A DNA stretch of 63,590 nucleotides, counting the filler, from Octopus bimaculoides (Eukaryota), in the NCBI RefSeq assembly GCF_001194135.2. It is 6 parts of 5 records of this genome, joined end to end, with 100 filler letters (N's around TTAATTAATTAA, not from the genome) between each part and the next. Parts side by side here need not be neighbours in the genome. Positions count along the whole stretch, not along the records: positions 1 to 16,425 come from NC_068981.1; 5 more parts are not named here. One strand, given 5' to 3'. The notes below the pieces were generated by a model. It was not told the origin of the DNA and ran no database searches. It saw only the letters and a program-made list of their open reading frames with translations. A program made the translations under genes and the position numbers. Positions within the stretch are counted from its first letter, which is position 1, and every line of letters begins with the position of its first letter. Below, one piece after another: positions 1-15,318 of this stretch.

Positions 1-59
<59 letters not shown>

Positions 60-812
60 GTTTTGAAATTACCTGATCATAAACAAGTGTCACCTCCATA
101 CAAACAGCATACTTCATTTCCAGTCTCTCATGTAACCGTGTCTAGCCATGCAGACATTTTGCCTTACTTGAAAATAAGTGAAGATTGATATATAATTATT
201 ATCTTGAGCATCGTCATTTAACACCTGTATTCCATGCTGGTGTGGGTTGGATGGTTCAGCAGGAACTGACTTACCTAAAGTCTGTGTTGGTCTCTTGTGT
301 CTGCTTTGGCAGTTTCTATGGTTTGATGCCCTTCCTAACATCATTATATATATATGTTGTTGATATCATAAGAATTTTATAAACTTTCAAGAGAACATGA
401 AGTAATTGTTTTTTTTCCAACATTGTTTCTCAAAGTATAGCACATAAAACTATCTATATAACAGCACGTACACATTGAGTTATAAAACCCTTTTTGATAG
501 AGAAAGTTGAAGGCTGTCCACAAGACTCAATCAAACTCACATCACCTACAGACATGACATCAACAGTTCATAATTTGTGCTGATAATAAAGTTTCTAAAA
601 TGGATAGAGAAATTTGAAGGATTGCTTTGTTCCAATGGTAGAACACCTGTCATATCTGCAGGAGATGTGGGTTCAAGTCCTATGGGGTAGCCATTAAGCT
701 TTTCTGTCCAAATGGGTTTTTCACCCCATATATTTACATGCTGTTATTTATAGCTTTATTTGATGTGCTTCGAGAACCAGTGTTCCATATAGGAATTTTA
801 CCTACATATGTA

Positions 813-868
<56 letters not shown>

Positions 869-3800
869 ATCACATAAAAGCGCCCATGCAGTGTCATGCA
901 TAAAAGTGTCATGCAGCTACACATAAAAACGCCTTTGTCACGTCATATAAAAGTGCCCATGTGGCACAATGTGAAATCTCCTGTGCAGCACCATGTAAAA
1001 GCACCTGTGCACCACCACATGTAAAATGGTTGGCATTAGGAAGAGCATCCAGCTGTAGAATCTACACCAAATCAGACTAGAGTCTGGTACATCCCCCACC
1101 AGCTTGTCAGCTTTGGTCATACCGTCCAACCCATCCCAGCATGGACAACAGACATTAAATGGTAATGATATATGAACACACACACATGCTTATTTATTGT
1201 TGTTTTTGTAGTTATGAAGCCAAATGCCTTAAACAGCTTAGAAAAATTTAACCTCAGTCAGTTTGCCTTTAGTCCTATAAATACAAGCATATAAATATTT
1301 CATTGGGATTTACTCATACAAGCCTGATTTAGTTGACTTTTCTGTTTGTTCTCATCATAATTATTAACAGCAAAGGAATACAGTATAAAAGATGTTTAAG
1401 GTGAGTGATGCTGCATGATAGTGAGACAAGATATTGAAGATATATTTTGTATAAGTGAGATATGAAGTATGTTTGTAGATTGGATATGCAACATTAATTT
1501 GCTTGAAAGCCAGAGCACAAATGAGCTGAGTACTTGGGCATTAAAGACTTCATTGAATGTTGTTTACTCTCAGATTAGCTCTGATCAAACAGACGTGTGA
1601 TGAAGGGTGTTTTTCCAGTCATGCCCATCCAATTTTATTTGTTTATTTATTTATTTATTTATTTTCAGAACACTGTCTGAAGCTCTACATTGATCCATTT
1701 ACTTTTTTTTCTTTTTTCTAACACAGTAAGGGGGGAAAATTTTGCTGCAATTTCTAATAGATTGAATATGAGCATATAGAAGTTCCCTTTATCTTCTGAT
1801 GTATGCAAGTGAGATAACTGTTAACAATGTGATGTGAATGGGTAGTGAACTTTGTGTGACCTGTGCTGACAGATAGTACACACAGGAGACGCAGGGAAAC
1901 AGCATTATGTTCAGATCCTATAACATTGAACATTATAAACAAGATGACATAAAAACATGTGCAATAGAGGTATCCTACACTGTAGATTCATTCAACTTTT
2001 ATCCATATGGAGAGAGAAAAAACAGAGAGAGAGAGAGAGAACAAAAGAAAAACCCAGATGTTAATGCAACAATGATACAGATGTTTGTTAGAGCAAATGC
2101 ATTACAAAAACAGCTGATCATCATTAGTTTTGCTGCTTGAGTTTCTGGGATCAATTCCTGTTGTACAAAGTATTAAATTATTACTAGCTGAGATATACTG
2201 CATATGTAGCAACAGATATTTGTCTTAGGCAACGTGATAGCAACATTGATCTCTACATATGCACTCCAAGTAGGACTGACATGAGTAAATGGGTTATTTC
2301 TATCAGGCCTTCTGACAAACTACCTCAGTAACGGATGACAGTGACTTTAATGGCTACTGTAATGTTCATAGAGGCAGTGGTTATGGCACAATGTGTACAG
2401 TGGGATCAAGGCTCTTCGCATTCTATAACCTGACCCTTTGCAAAGTTAACTTCATAAAACTGGCCAACCATCTGATCATTGAGCCATTTATGTGATCCCG
2501 TAGGCCAGATAGACTTCATACTCTCCAGGATGCTGGAGAGGCAGCTAGCTTTGAATACTAAGTGTTTCCACTGTGATCAATATACTACTCAACATGAATT
2601 AGTGATTTGTAACATCAGCACAAAAGTTAGATGCTTGATGGACTCGGAGATGCAAAAATTATGTGGATAAGAAAGGTATAGAAGCTGAAAGATCCATGAT
2701 GCATCCATAAGTTCAAAGAAACACTAGACAACACTTATGACAAGGGATTGATAGAAGACAACCAGGAATTTCTACAAAACCACCAACAGTGAGCCACTTA
2801 TGAGATCTGTAGATGGAGCAAGGTTTCAATCAGATAGAACATGACTTTGTAGTTTAACATAGGGTAGACAGAGGTATACAAGATTTCAGATGTACTTAAT
2901 AAGGAAAGAAACAAGAAGTAAGAGGATTGTCAATGTTCTACATTAAGAGGATCTGAGGTGTTTTGGATTGGAAAGCAGTTCATAATATTTCATATTTCTG
3001 ATCTTCTTCTTGTAGAACATTAGCAAATCTCATACATATGTTGGTGAAAATCCTGTATGGAAAGATAGTAGACCACTCATTGTCACTAATGCAGAGTAAA
3101 AGAGAGGCATGGAGATACTACTTAATAGAAAGGCCAATATTGCTGAATGAGAAGTTGTTGGGAAGTGATCGATTAAATTGCTTTAACATTTTTCCTCAAA
3201 AGTTTCTGACTTTTTGTCTGTTTTAGAAATTAGGCAAATTTAATTGCGTTGGATAAAATATATTGCAGTATTTAGTTATGGCCCTTTACATTCAGAGTTC
3301 AAATTTCTTCAAAGTTAATTGTGTCTTTTATCTTTCTGAGCTCAATAAAATTAAATACCAGTCAAGTACTAGAGTTGACTACATGTATGAGGCCCCTCCA
3401 AAATTTCTGGCCTTGTGCTTACGTTAGAAATTATTATTATTATTATTATCAACATTATCAGGATGATGGATTGGCAGAATGGTGTTGAAAACAATACTTT
3501 GCAGTATTTCTTCCAGTTCTTTAGATTCTGAGTTCAAAACCTGCTGAGGTTGATAAAATAGAGTACCTGTCAGGCACTAAGGTCAGTGGTATCAACTAAC
3601 CTCACTCTTTCAAACTTCTTGTGTCTAACTCAGAAACCATTATTAAAAAGATGATGAGCTGATAGAATCGTTAGTTTCACCTAATCATTCTCTGCTACTG
3701 GCATAGGTTGGTACTCAAGCCACTTATTGAAACATTCTAGCCCAAACTTTCTTCACAGCTACAAGTGTATTCACACAGCCACTTTGTCATGGTGTTTTTT

Positions 3801-4212
3801 TGTCCATTTTGGGGGCCAGTTTTGAGGCTCCACTAATTATATGTCTAACTGTCTCAGATAATTGTACACATAATCAATGCACAGGTGATACTGCTGTATT
3901 ATCAATGCTACACTTATTATTACTATAGATTGGCAAAATAGAATTTTGGACAGAATTCTCTACAGTATTTGTTCAGCTCTTTATATTTTCATGTCAATTT
4001 TACTTTTATTATTCTAGGGTTGATAAAATAAAGTATGAGTTTAAGTATTGGGGATCAATATAATTAAATGTTTCTCTTGTCTTTGATTTCTAACCTTATG
4101 CATATGTTAAAAATTATTATTATTTGGTCTTTAACTTCTCTTTTTCAAAAGCCTAAAATCTAATTATGTGATAAAATCTTTCAAGTTACACATTTTCTTA
4201 TGCCTTTATGCT

Positions 4213-4297
<85 letters not shown>

Positions 4298-5789
4298 NNN
4301 NNNNNNNNNNNNNNNNNNNNNNNNNNNNNNNNNNNNNNNNNNNNNNNNNNNNNNNNNNNNNNNNNNNNNNNNNNNNNNNNNNNNNNNNNNNNNNNNNNNN
4401 NNNNNNNNNNNNNNNNNNNNNNNNNNNNNNNNNNNNNNNNNNNNNNNNTTTTTTTGAAAGTAGAATATATCATCGTTCAAATCAGGGGAAAATATAAGGA
4501 TTTGTGGGAAAAAAATCTTTTCAGATGCAAATGTTTGCTGTAGCCTGTGATTGAACTAGCTGCATTGTCTTTTTACAAGTTCCTTACCTTTGAGACCACA
4601 GTATAAAAAAAATGTATCATCCATAATGAAAAGCACTTTGGTATGCCATTATCTGAGTGTTTTTTTTTTCTGTATTTTTTTTTTCTGTATTTTTTTTTTC
4701 TCAAATTATATTTTCTGAGATCAAATATTGATATTTGATAATTTAATTTGAACGATAGTATTCCTACCTATATAATGAATCAATATAGATATGATTGTCG
4801 TCAGGTTTTTTTTTTCTTCTATATCAGTTACAATATTGATTTACTCAGAAAATTGTTATAATATTTTTTATTTACTATTATCTCTTATAATATTGAAAAG
4901 CAAATATATTTACTGTTAATATCTAGGAAACCTTGTCTTCACTTTTAGCAGGAAATGAGTTTTAAAAAATACTCAAAACTTTTTTGTAATGTTGTTGAGT
5001 GTAAGCTTTATAATAAAATACATAGTAATCATATTAATAGAAGGAAAAGAGTACATGGTGTTAGTTTACAGTCGTTAAAGCAAATTATGGAACTCTGGTG
5101 AGAAACGTGTGGTGCATGTTTTGTGCCTTGACAGTCACTGATGCATTCAACGCATAGCCCTTTGACACACAAACTCAGTCAAACTCCCTGACTGACACTG
5201 TTCTTGACTTTCAAGCAATAACATAGGTGTCTTCAAGCAAACTCAGCATGGATGAAAACAACACATTGAGCAAAGAGGCAAAAGCTTACTTGATCTCAGT
5301 ATAGTGTACTGAATTGGAAGACCCCCTGCTTTTATGTGTTATTTTTATGACTCCACTATATGTCTTACATAACTATGTATTCTAGTCTAGTTGACATATG
5401 CAACATCTTCTTGGAATTTTCTGTTGCACAGATATGTCTGCTGTTAAAATTACATTAGCATTTAATTAAAAACTGTATTCCTCATTGAAGAAATGTTAGT
5501 CTGTTTCACTTCACTATCTTTTCTTCTTTTTTTTTTTGTGAATTATTAATCTAAAAATAATATTATTCCTATGTAAACAACATTGAGGTAACAAAGACTT
5601 GAAGAGTAGCTAAGCTAGTTTTGTGTTTGTTACAACTTATGTAACAAGCTTCACTTTGCTTTGAACTTACAATGTTAATAAACTTTTCTTATCATATATT
5701 GTGCACATTTTGTCATCTGTACTAGATGCATAAATGCTTGAAGCTTACTAACTTCTTACACTTGGATCCCTGAATCATACTTGCTTATT

Positions 5790-5836
<47 letters not shown>

Positions 5837-5849
5837 NNNNNNNNNNATA

Positions 5850-6105
5850 TATAATCATCATCGCCGTTTAACAACTGCTTTCCATACTGACATGGGTTGG
5901 ATGGTTTGACTGAGTACTGGTAAGCCAGGAGGCTGCACCAGGCTCCAATCTGATTTGGCAAGGTTTCTACAGCTGGATACCCTTCCTGACGCCAACCACT
6001 CCGAGAGTGTAGTGGGTGCTTTTTATATGCCACCGGCACAGGAGTCAGTCACGCGGCACTGGCATTGACCACACTCGAATGGTGCTTTTTACATGCCACA
6101 CATTC
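5850..6105. mobile_element. Interspersed SINE-like repeat (catcatc...tttaac...ccatgct...gggttgga family)
   Basis: Recurs at ~208-335, ~862-1170 (inverted), ~6375-6680, ~28864-29170, ~58540-58650 and ~59110-59320. Confidence 0.75.
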
Positions 6106-6118
6106 ATACATACACACA

Positions 6119-6164
<46 letters not shown>

Positions 6165-8659
6165 TTATGAGAATTTTATAATCTTTCAATAGAACACGAA
6201 ATAATTTTTTTGTTATGGGGTAAGTAATTAGTTCTTGAAGTACATATATAGCTGTGAATAACAGCATGTAAATATTCGATTGAAAACCCCATTTTGGGTA
6301 GAAAAAGGGTTTTTGAACCCAATATCTACATAACTTTATATGTATTCCAAGAACCAATTTCTATACACACATTATCATCATCATTTAACATCCGCTTTCC
6401 ATGCTGGCATGGGTTAGACGATTTGACTGAAACTGGTAAGCCAAAGAGCTGCACCAGGTTCCAGTCTAATTTGGTATAGTTTCTATGACTGGACACCCTT
6501 CCTAATGCCAACCACTCCAAGAGTGTAACGGGTTCTTTGTATGTGTCACCAGCACGGGTGCCATTTACATGACACCAGCAACAGCTATGACTACAATTTC
6601 ACAGGTGCCATTTACATGACACTGGCAATGGCCACAACTATGATTTCACTTGGCTTGACAAGTCTTCTCAAACACAGCAGAGGTCTCGATCACTTCTCAC
6701 CACCTCCATGAGACCCATCATTTGAAGATCATACTTCACCATCTGATTCCTCGCCTCCATGAGGCTCAACATTCAATGATCATGCTACCAACAACAGCCA
6801 TGACTATGATTTCACAAGTTTTACTTGTATGGCAGGTAAAGTGACTAGATCTCTGAGCTCATATGTTAAAGCTAAAATCGTTATATTGTGGAAGAGTCAT
6901 AATTATTGTTTAAAATACACATTTGCTATTATATTTAGTTTTTTTCTTTTTGTTTTTTTTATTACTATTATTCTATTATATTATTGTATTTTATAAAATG
7001 TCATAATATATCGTAGATGTCTATGACCTGGTTACTGACACAGTTGAACAATATGTGTGTTTTTGTAAGCATCGTGATTTTCTATGATGTAATTTGTACC
7101 TATATATGAACATTCTAGCGGACAATTCTACAGAAACCCGATTTTTATGTAAATCTGTTTTACACTCTGTTTTATTTTTTTATACTTTGTTATATTTTCC
7201 CCTCTATCATAATGTTTTGTTTTTAGTTATCTTTTTGTCACTAGTCTTCTCTTTGTCATCATTTAATTGTCATTATTAATTCCTATTGTCATGGCTCTCT
7301 TCTTTTCATTACTTGTTTCCTTATTTTGTAGTCTTCATCTTTTTCTCTTATTATCATCCATCTCTTCTTGTCATCAGATCGTTTTTTTCCATTTTTTTTA
7401 TTATTTTGTTTTTTTTATTTATTTATTGGAATTATTTGATTCTCCACTTCTATATTGAATGGTTCTCTACTCTACTCAGGGGACAAGATAAAATGTCATG
7501 ACAAAAATAAAACAAAAACAAAAGTAATAGAAAGTCTGAATAGGAAATCAAAGTGAAAATAATGATATCTCTCTCTTTGAAAGCTTTCTACCCTTCTTAT
7601 ATATATGTTTAAGATGTGCAGAGATAGGCTATCAAAACAATTGATATTAAATAAATCGAAGTAATGCTTTTTTTTTTCTTTTGTAATCAGTTTCTTATGT
7701 ATGTGTGTATATATGTGTGTGTGTTAGAAGGAGAAAATATAACTACTAGTAACATAAAGTTTTTTCTGTTTTTTAGTAAATAAACACTAATTCATAGCTT
7801 TGTAAAGATGTGGTATATTTGCAGTAATTATTGTTGTCTATAATTGATTGGTAATTGAAAACATAGACCATTTCTAAAGGTGTATTTAGATCCGACGTGA
7901 GTTGATCTGTCTGGTTTATGAATATAGCTATATTTGAAGTCCCTTCTTTTTCTGTATTTTTATCTCTTTTGTATTGCTATTCATCATATTAAGCAGCTGT
8001 AGTAAATAATACTATTTACAGTATTTGAACAAAAGATCTGTACAAATTTCCTCTGTCTTAGATTCTTCTGTTTTGGGACACCATGCCTACCAATCACTGC
8101 TGTCTTCAAAACCATTTCTCTTGTTGCAATTTCAAGCTGTTTTGTTGTTTTGTTCTTGGTAAATATAAGGAAAGATGACTACTGTATGAATAAATAGCTT
8201 CATCAGGTGAATCATTTTTCTTAGATTATCTTGTACAGAAGAGTATAAAAACAACTACTTCAACAATTTATAGATATTTATATCTGTGGAATCATTTTTA
8301 CCAGTCCTCGCATGGTAAATAGGAGGTGAAGCTGTATCACATATCATGTCCTTGAATTATGCATTTTATTGTATTTGCTTTTGGTTGCTTAGATGGAAAT
8401 AGTCATCTTTCCATTTTATGACCAAGTGGGCAGTATTACTGAAAATTGCAATCTTTAAGTTTGAATTCTTAACAGTGGTTTTGATACAGTCTCCTTTTGG
8501 ATAAACGACTGGAGAGTGACATTTGAATCAATAGAGTGCTGAACAATGTTTGTTTTTTTTTGTTTTGTTTTTTTTTAGAAGAAGAAGAAGAAATCAATCT
8601 GACTATGAAAAAAAAACTTAAAAGTTCTGAATGTCCTAATCAATATTAAGTTGATGAGG

Positions 8660-9100
8660 ATCAAACACATCTTCATCATCTCCACCTGTGCAGTTAGAAA
8701 TGGTGGAGATGTTTTTGTACATGATTGTCTGCATAGAAGTTTGAAGCATGGTGAATTGCATATTACAAATTTCAATAAATGTTTCCAACAGTATTGTAAA
8801 GCAGCTCAATTCAGCTTTCACATTGATTACAGTTGATAAACCTGAACCTATTAAAAGGACTTTTACCTCTACAGTTGCTGCCAAAATAATGTTCTACAGT
8901 TTTCACTGAAGCCATAACTCATTGGAATTCAAAGCTTTGATGCAGCTGTAGAATATTCAATCCCAAGTTCTTAATACCTGCATATGCCTTCTCCATGTTT
9001 AATGCAAAATTCACACCATTTGGATAAGGGCTTCCTGTATTTAGTGATCAGCTGCAATGGGATTCTGTGATAATTCAATGTAAGTTTTGAAAAAGTTCAG
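8660..9100 (+). mobile_element. Possible hAT transposase relic
   Basis: Frameshifted coding-like stretch with THWNSK, resembling the hAT TRWNS motif. Only this weak motif supports it. Confidence 0.25.
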
Positions 9101-9789
9101 TATGCATAAAACATTCTGGTCACCTGAACTCTGGTGAAAATGTAGTCATTTATTGATTTCTCTACTGAACTTCTCTCTCAGATCAAAATGTCCACTGAAA
9201 AGACCATTGTTCACAAATTTCCTACAAAAATATCACATTTTCACTTTCTACCACATTTCATTATGTGTTGCAACTTTTAAAAACTAGAAGAATCAGTTTT
9301 GATTTTTGAAACTTGCTTTCATTCTCTAAAATTTTATTTCTTTGTTACATACTGATATATAATCATACAGCTTCTAAGGCTTGTTAGTTTTCTTTTCCAA
9401 ATCAAAAGAATCTGGTAGGTCAATACTTGCCTGCTTTCTATAGTATTATGCATGTAAGGAATATATCTGCCCCTAAAAATAGGACACCTGGTCTATAAAT
9501 AGGACCTTATCAAATAGGTGGTATATCCACATTCATTGTTTGTTTTACTAATATTAATATACTTTTTGTTCATATATTAAGTTTTTACTGCTTTCAATCA
9601 TTCAACTAAAGCCTCAGTGGAATACTGCCAGTAAGGGTTTTGGTTGATCATACTCATGGTCCTATCATTTATTTCATTGTGATAGTTGTTTTATCATCCT
9701 CTGGTTATCAGATCACTATGTCAATTTTTAATATAATGGAACTACTATGAGTCATTTTACACTAGTAGACACAGATAGATTCACCTCTT

Positions 9790-10203
9790 TTATATATCTA
9801 AAAGAAACAAGTTAAAAATAATGGTCATTACATATTTTTTCCTTTATTGGAGCAAATCTGGCTTACAGCTGTTTTCAGTAGTCATTATAGCTACATTACT
9901 GATAAGTTTACTCAACTGGTCTATTGATCAATTGAGGATCTAAGCAAATTAATGCTTCTTTCATCAGAGCTATTTCTGGTTATAACAAGCAGAGCACTTG
10001 TTATAACCAGAAATAGTTCTGATGAAAGTAGCATTAATTTCCTTAGGTCATTCAATTTTCCTCTGTTGATCAATAGCCCAGTTGAGTAAACTTATCAGTA
10101 CTACCTATAATGACTACTGGAAACAGCTGTAAGCCAAATTTACTCCAATAAAGGAAAAACATGTAATGACTATTATTTTAAGTTTGTTTCTTATATATAT
10201 ATC
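9790..10203. repeat. Long fold-back inverted repeat (~200 bp arms, 7 nt loop), probably Penelope-type inverted terminal repeat
   Basis: Arms are reverse complements around ataacaag-cagagca-cttgttat (~9990), e.g. tggcttacagctgttttcagtagtcattatag vs ctataatgactactggaaacagctgtaagcca. Confidence 0.85.
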
Positions 10204-10393
10204 CCTCTGGGTAAAACCCAGTTTGTCTGGAGTCCATTCACAGATTTACAATATAGAATTGTGATGAACCATAATCTTGGAACCTTGCCACAAGATTACC
10301 TGAAGTTTTTTACTAATCTAAATAATATTGTTAGCCTGGTGTGCCAACAAAGAGCTTATGAAGTATTTTGCCTGAATTGATAATCCCTCAATA

Positions 10394-10459
<66 letters not shown>

Positions 10460-12023
10460 AACATTCTGAGATAGAAATACTTGAAGCTAATTTTCCCATG
10501 GATAAAACAATACTTTGATACTTGTAATATTTTGGTCTCAACTTTGATACCAGCATTTTGGGATTTACTTTTAGATTCAGCAATTTAGATTAATTACTAT
10601 GAAGGTGTAAAGAAAGAATGCTAGGACTAAATTCATCTGTTTTCTGTTGCACCAGATGTTTATGTGAAAATTAATTAACAAAGTAACTTTATTTTTTCCT
10701 TAATAACATGCCATATTCCAAATGATATTTACACATATTTTTCTCTAATTCATCTACTTTTTCTTGTCTCTCTGATGATACCCTATTCTGAACACTTGCT
10801 TAAGAAATTGGCTGTAGTTCTGAGAAAAATAGCATTTTAAAAATGTAATTTAATAATTAAAATTTTCTTAATATTACTTCTCTCATTACCTGTCTAAATG
10901 TGTGATAATTGCACCAGAGTAAAATTTTTCTTTTTAAAGAAATTACCAACTGAATTTTGGAATAATTACATTCCTGTTCCTTATTTTATTATTTTTATGT
11001 TTTTGTTATTAATTCCATATCCATGGCAACTATTTCAGGGCTGTAATAATATAAAATTGGCTACAAATACCAGCAACAACAATTATGATAATAATAACAA
11101 GGCTTGTTAAGAAGATGAAAGTATGAAGAAAAAGTATATCGGAAGCAATATTTTCATCTTATTAAAGCCACATATTAGGCTTTTGGTAACTACATTGGGG
11201 TTAGATATGTCACAAATAAGAACTGTTTTCATCTGCTCAGTTTTAGTAGCATTTTTTGGCAGGGAAGTGGGGTGATTTGTTCAGAGCCTTTCAGATCTTG
11301 AAAATTTTCTTTTTGTATGACTTTTACAATGGTAGTGGAAATGATCTTCAATGTTTCTGTTATGATAGATGGTAGTTGGCAATGGTATATTTTAAAAAAA
11401 AATTTTTTTAGAAAGCTTTATTTTCAATTTATCATTCATCTTAATTTCTTTCCTTCTCCAATTTTAGGTGAATTAACCAAAATTTATCATTTTTATTTTG
11501 AGTTCCCTTTTCTTTATTGAATTAATTTTATAATTTTTTTATTTTTATTTTCTTTATAAACTTCACCATTTAAAAAAATACCTTGTACTTTCCTTCAGCA
11601 CCTGAGCACTGATCAGATGCTATAGCAACCAAACTACTCCAAATGAACATCCGCAATATCTTAGTTTCTGTTGAAATCAAGATGTTTTGGCAAATTTGTA
11701 ATCTTGCCATTCTAAAACTAAAATTGTATGACAGCAATATTATTCCCATTATAAACACTATTTTAATGGTTTTCATTATAGAAAACTTTTCATGTGTTTT
11801 CCTTGTTATTGTAATAGCTGTTGATAACCTGACTCTCTTCAATCACTCAATGCTTTCACTGTTTTCATCTTTTATCATTTGTTGCAAGTTTCTAAATTTA
11901 ACCATATGATACCTAAATTACAAATGTGAAGAAAACATATTTTCATTGGTCTTTTAAAGGTTATTTAAAAGTAAAACGTATGTTTGATGTAAAAAGCATT
12001 ATACATGCATACAAACAAGAATA

Positions 12024-12063
<40 letters not shown>

Positions 12064-12067
12064 ATCT

Positions 12068-13288
12068 CAGGTTGAGTCAAAAGTGTTTTCATATTTCACA
12101 CTTTAATTAATAGTCCAAACAAACAACATACAAAAAGTGTGTATTCATCAAAATATATTCAATCATATTCTATTGTTTGTTGCCATCATTGTGTCAGAAG
12201 CTCAATTCCATGCTTAAACCATTTTGTTGGTTTGGAGGAAGAAAACTCCCTGCACCCATTTTCAACCTCCTCCTCATTTCTGAATCTCCATTTGTGCAGT
12301 TAATGAGCCACAGCTCAGAAAAGGTGGTAATCTGATGGTGCAAGTAGGATGAGGCAGCATTTCTAGTCCCACAAGTTCCTCAAGTTTGCACTTGGTCACA
12401 TTAGCAGTGTATTCTGGAGCATTGTCATGGTGTATAAATGCATATTTTGATTGACCAATGCCAAGTAGTAGGCTTTCAAAGCATCATATATATATCACTG
12501 CAGCTGTTGATTATAAAGGTTAGCATTCACAGAATTACCATCTGGGACAAGCTCAAAATGCAACACTCACCAAACACACAACATGACTTATGTTCAAACT
12601 GCCCTTGTTTAACAAGTTCTGAAGCCAAGCTGGAACAAAGCCGCTGATTTCTCTTATTAGAATTATGAAAATAGATCCATTTTTCATTTCCATATAAAAT
12701 TGAATGCCAAAAACTAACACCTCAAGGATTTTCCAGCAGTTCTTTGCAAATGTTCACATGTCTTTAAGCCTGGTCATTAATCAGTTCATGAGAAGCTTTT
12801 TGACAGCATCTTTTCACAAGGCTGAGCATATGGAGGTGCCAATTGATGGTGCTTTGTGAAGGACCAAGTTCTTCTGACAATGTATGAGTACTTGTGGTTG
12901 GCTGTTGTTCAACCATTTCAATCTTCTAAATTAGAATGTCTCCCTGACTTTGGTTTGTCTTCAAGTTTAGTGTCACCTTCCTTGAAATGTCTGAGCCAGT
13001 TTTGTGCCACATGTTCATTGACAGTTCTTAGACTTTACCACTGCCCTTACACTCAGTCCCTTTTCCCACTGGTATCATAAAAAGGCTCTAGTTTCAATTT
13101 TTTCTCCTGTCATTATCATAACTGTAAAATAAAGAATAACCAATTAATGCTATGTCATATATGGAAATAAAAAATAAACAATTCAGCAATGACTGGACAA
13201 GTTATGTCAAATTAATGGTATAACACAGAGGTACAAGTTGCCAGAAATCATTAGTAAAAATTTTTTTTTAACTTTTGACTCAGCCTGG
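12068..13288 (-). mobile_element. Degenerate mariner transposon
   Basis: TIR pair caggttgagtcaaaagt / acttttgactcagcctg. Minus-strand remnant TVNEHVAQNWLRHFKEGDTKLEDKPKSGR matches the mariner HTH-RSGRP region. Confidence 0.75.
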
Positions 13289-15318
13289 TAAATTCAAGCA
13301 TCAGTGATCTTGCAACAACTATCAAATATAATTGTATGTGTGCAAAAATGTTCAAACTTAAAGAATCTTTGGAACTCCTCCAAGCCTTCATTTTTGACTT
13401 TCCTTCCTCATAAGAGCATATATGTAGTATCTGAAGCATGAAGAATTATTGAAAATAGGTATTACAGAGTTAATCTCTGCATGATTTCTGACTTAGAACT
13501 ATTTATTTTAACACTTGTATTATTCACCTATCAATTTAAACCCAGTCAATCTTAAACACATTATAAGCTTACCAGCCATCAAATTTTCCCCTTGACTATT
13601 CTCATTGGTTGTAGGTATATTTTGGTCACAGTTGAGAATTCACAGTTCTATTTCTCTGACACTTTGAATGAAGAAACATGGGATTGCACTAATCAACAAG
13701 TTTGCTAAATTTATAATGTTCTTACATCCAGTACAATTATGCTAACCACATAAAAATAATTTGTATTTTTCAGTTAAAGAGCATTAGAAACAATATCAGT
13801 TAATATCTATTTTTTATTATCTTATCCAAAGCCTCTTTTTCTCTCCATCTCTTAGATTAATCCTAACAACTTTGATAAATGTTCTTTCTGCATTTATATT
13901 TATTTATTCCTCTTTTCAGTAAGAAATGCTTTATTTTTAGAACTACTACAAAGGAAAATAAATACAAAGCTAAACCAATGAAAAATGTTTTCTTTTTATA
14001 ACTTATTTGACCTGCAAACACAGGAACCAGATATTCCTTCAAATAAATATGCTAAATATCAGGATTACATAGTCTAAGACTTAATCTCTTTGATAACATA
14101 CAAACCGTAGATGAAACGGAATCAACTCCAAAACCAACCAAACAATAAAGTTTAGAACCTAAATAACAGCTCAGTGATAAATAAATCTCGTCTTTCATGT
14201 CTTTGAGATCAATAAAATAAGTACATATGACATACTAAAGTGTTTAACAAATTTAGACTATATCTTATAATAGTTCACCATTGTACATTGGTATTATATT
14301 CATATATATCTAGAGTAACTTAGATGTGTTCAGTAATAATAGACAATATTTCTAATTCCTGCATGATTTGCCATTGAAAATAGCTGCTACATTTTTCTTT
14401 ACATATTGGATCTACTCCAGCTGCGATCATTACTTGGTCGTAGATCTCATATGAGAAATTAGGCAAAAATAATTTTTGTTATTGAGGCTAGGAAAATTAT
14501 CACAGAATTAGCACACACAAAAAGCAACCCAATCTTCTCATTTGCAGATTAAAAGTCATAATAAATGGGATAATATTAAAGTGATATATGTCAGTAGACA
14601 TAGTGAGCATTGGCCATTAGTTCAGATTTTGGAGCAAGTGTTTAATTTTCTTCTTTACCAAAACGCATTAGCTTATCTCTAGATTACCTGATTAAAATAA
14701 AATATAAATATTACACTGAGTAGTAGTTATAACGAATAATGTCTATCAAAACAACACATCCTAGCCATTCTTGCAAATGTCATATATACAAATTTAATCA
14801 GCAGACAACTTTCAATTTGTACTTCATGTTTGTGTAAGAAACATTATTGTTTCAAAATGTTTTTGTTATTCTTTACATACTGTCATCATCACTGGTTAGA
14901 CTTTAGTTAAGTGAAATGGCTCTCGTTTTAGTCTAGATACTGTACAGTCCCTATGTGGCAATACTGTGTAATTTCTTAAACGATTGTCTTCTCAGTGGAA
15001 TACTTTTTATTCTAGAAAAATATGAGATTCTTTTTCCTCTGTCTTCTTTCATTTGAATTATTTATTTGATTATAAGAGCATTGAATTTGTATCTATACAA
15101 GATTACTTGTAATATGTCTATACTTAAATTTCTTGTAGTAGAAGATTTGTTTTTATTTTCTACAGTTTCTCAATACACTTTTTCAGATAGAATTTCCTTT
15201 CATGTAAAGAATGTAATTATCTGGAACTCAAAACCTGCCTGTCAGTTTGAAGTGTAACATGCCAGGATCTAGGATGAAAATATTTGCAGTACACTAATGG
15301 GAATTGTTTTCTTTTTAG

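Noticed and set aside
625-695. tRNA-like stretch with GGTTCAAGTCC box B
   Set aside because: No complete cloverleaf. Probably a SINE head.
10898-11110. ORF starting MCDNC with a 15-nt exact match to the Grl CDNC motif, as a third variable exon
   Set aside because: In-frame stop immediately upstream and no sustained similarity downstream. One such match is plausible by chance in AT-rich DNA.
11570-11842. Minus-strand ORF containing KTHEKFS, identical to the N-terminus of exon 1a
   Set aside because: Codons differ, flanks do not align, opposite strand. Treated as coincidence.
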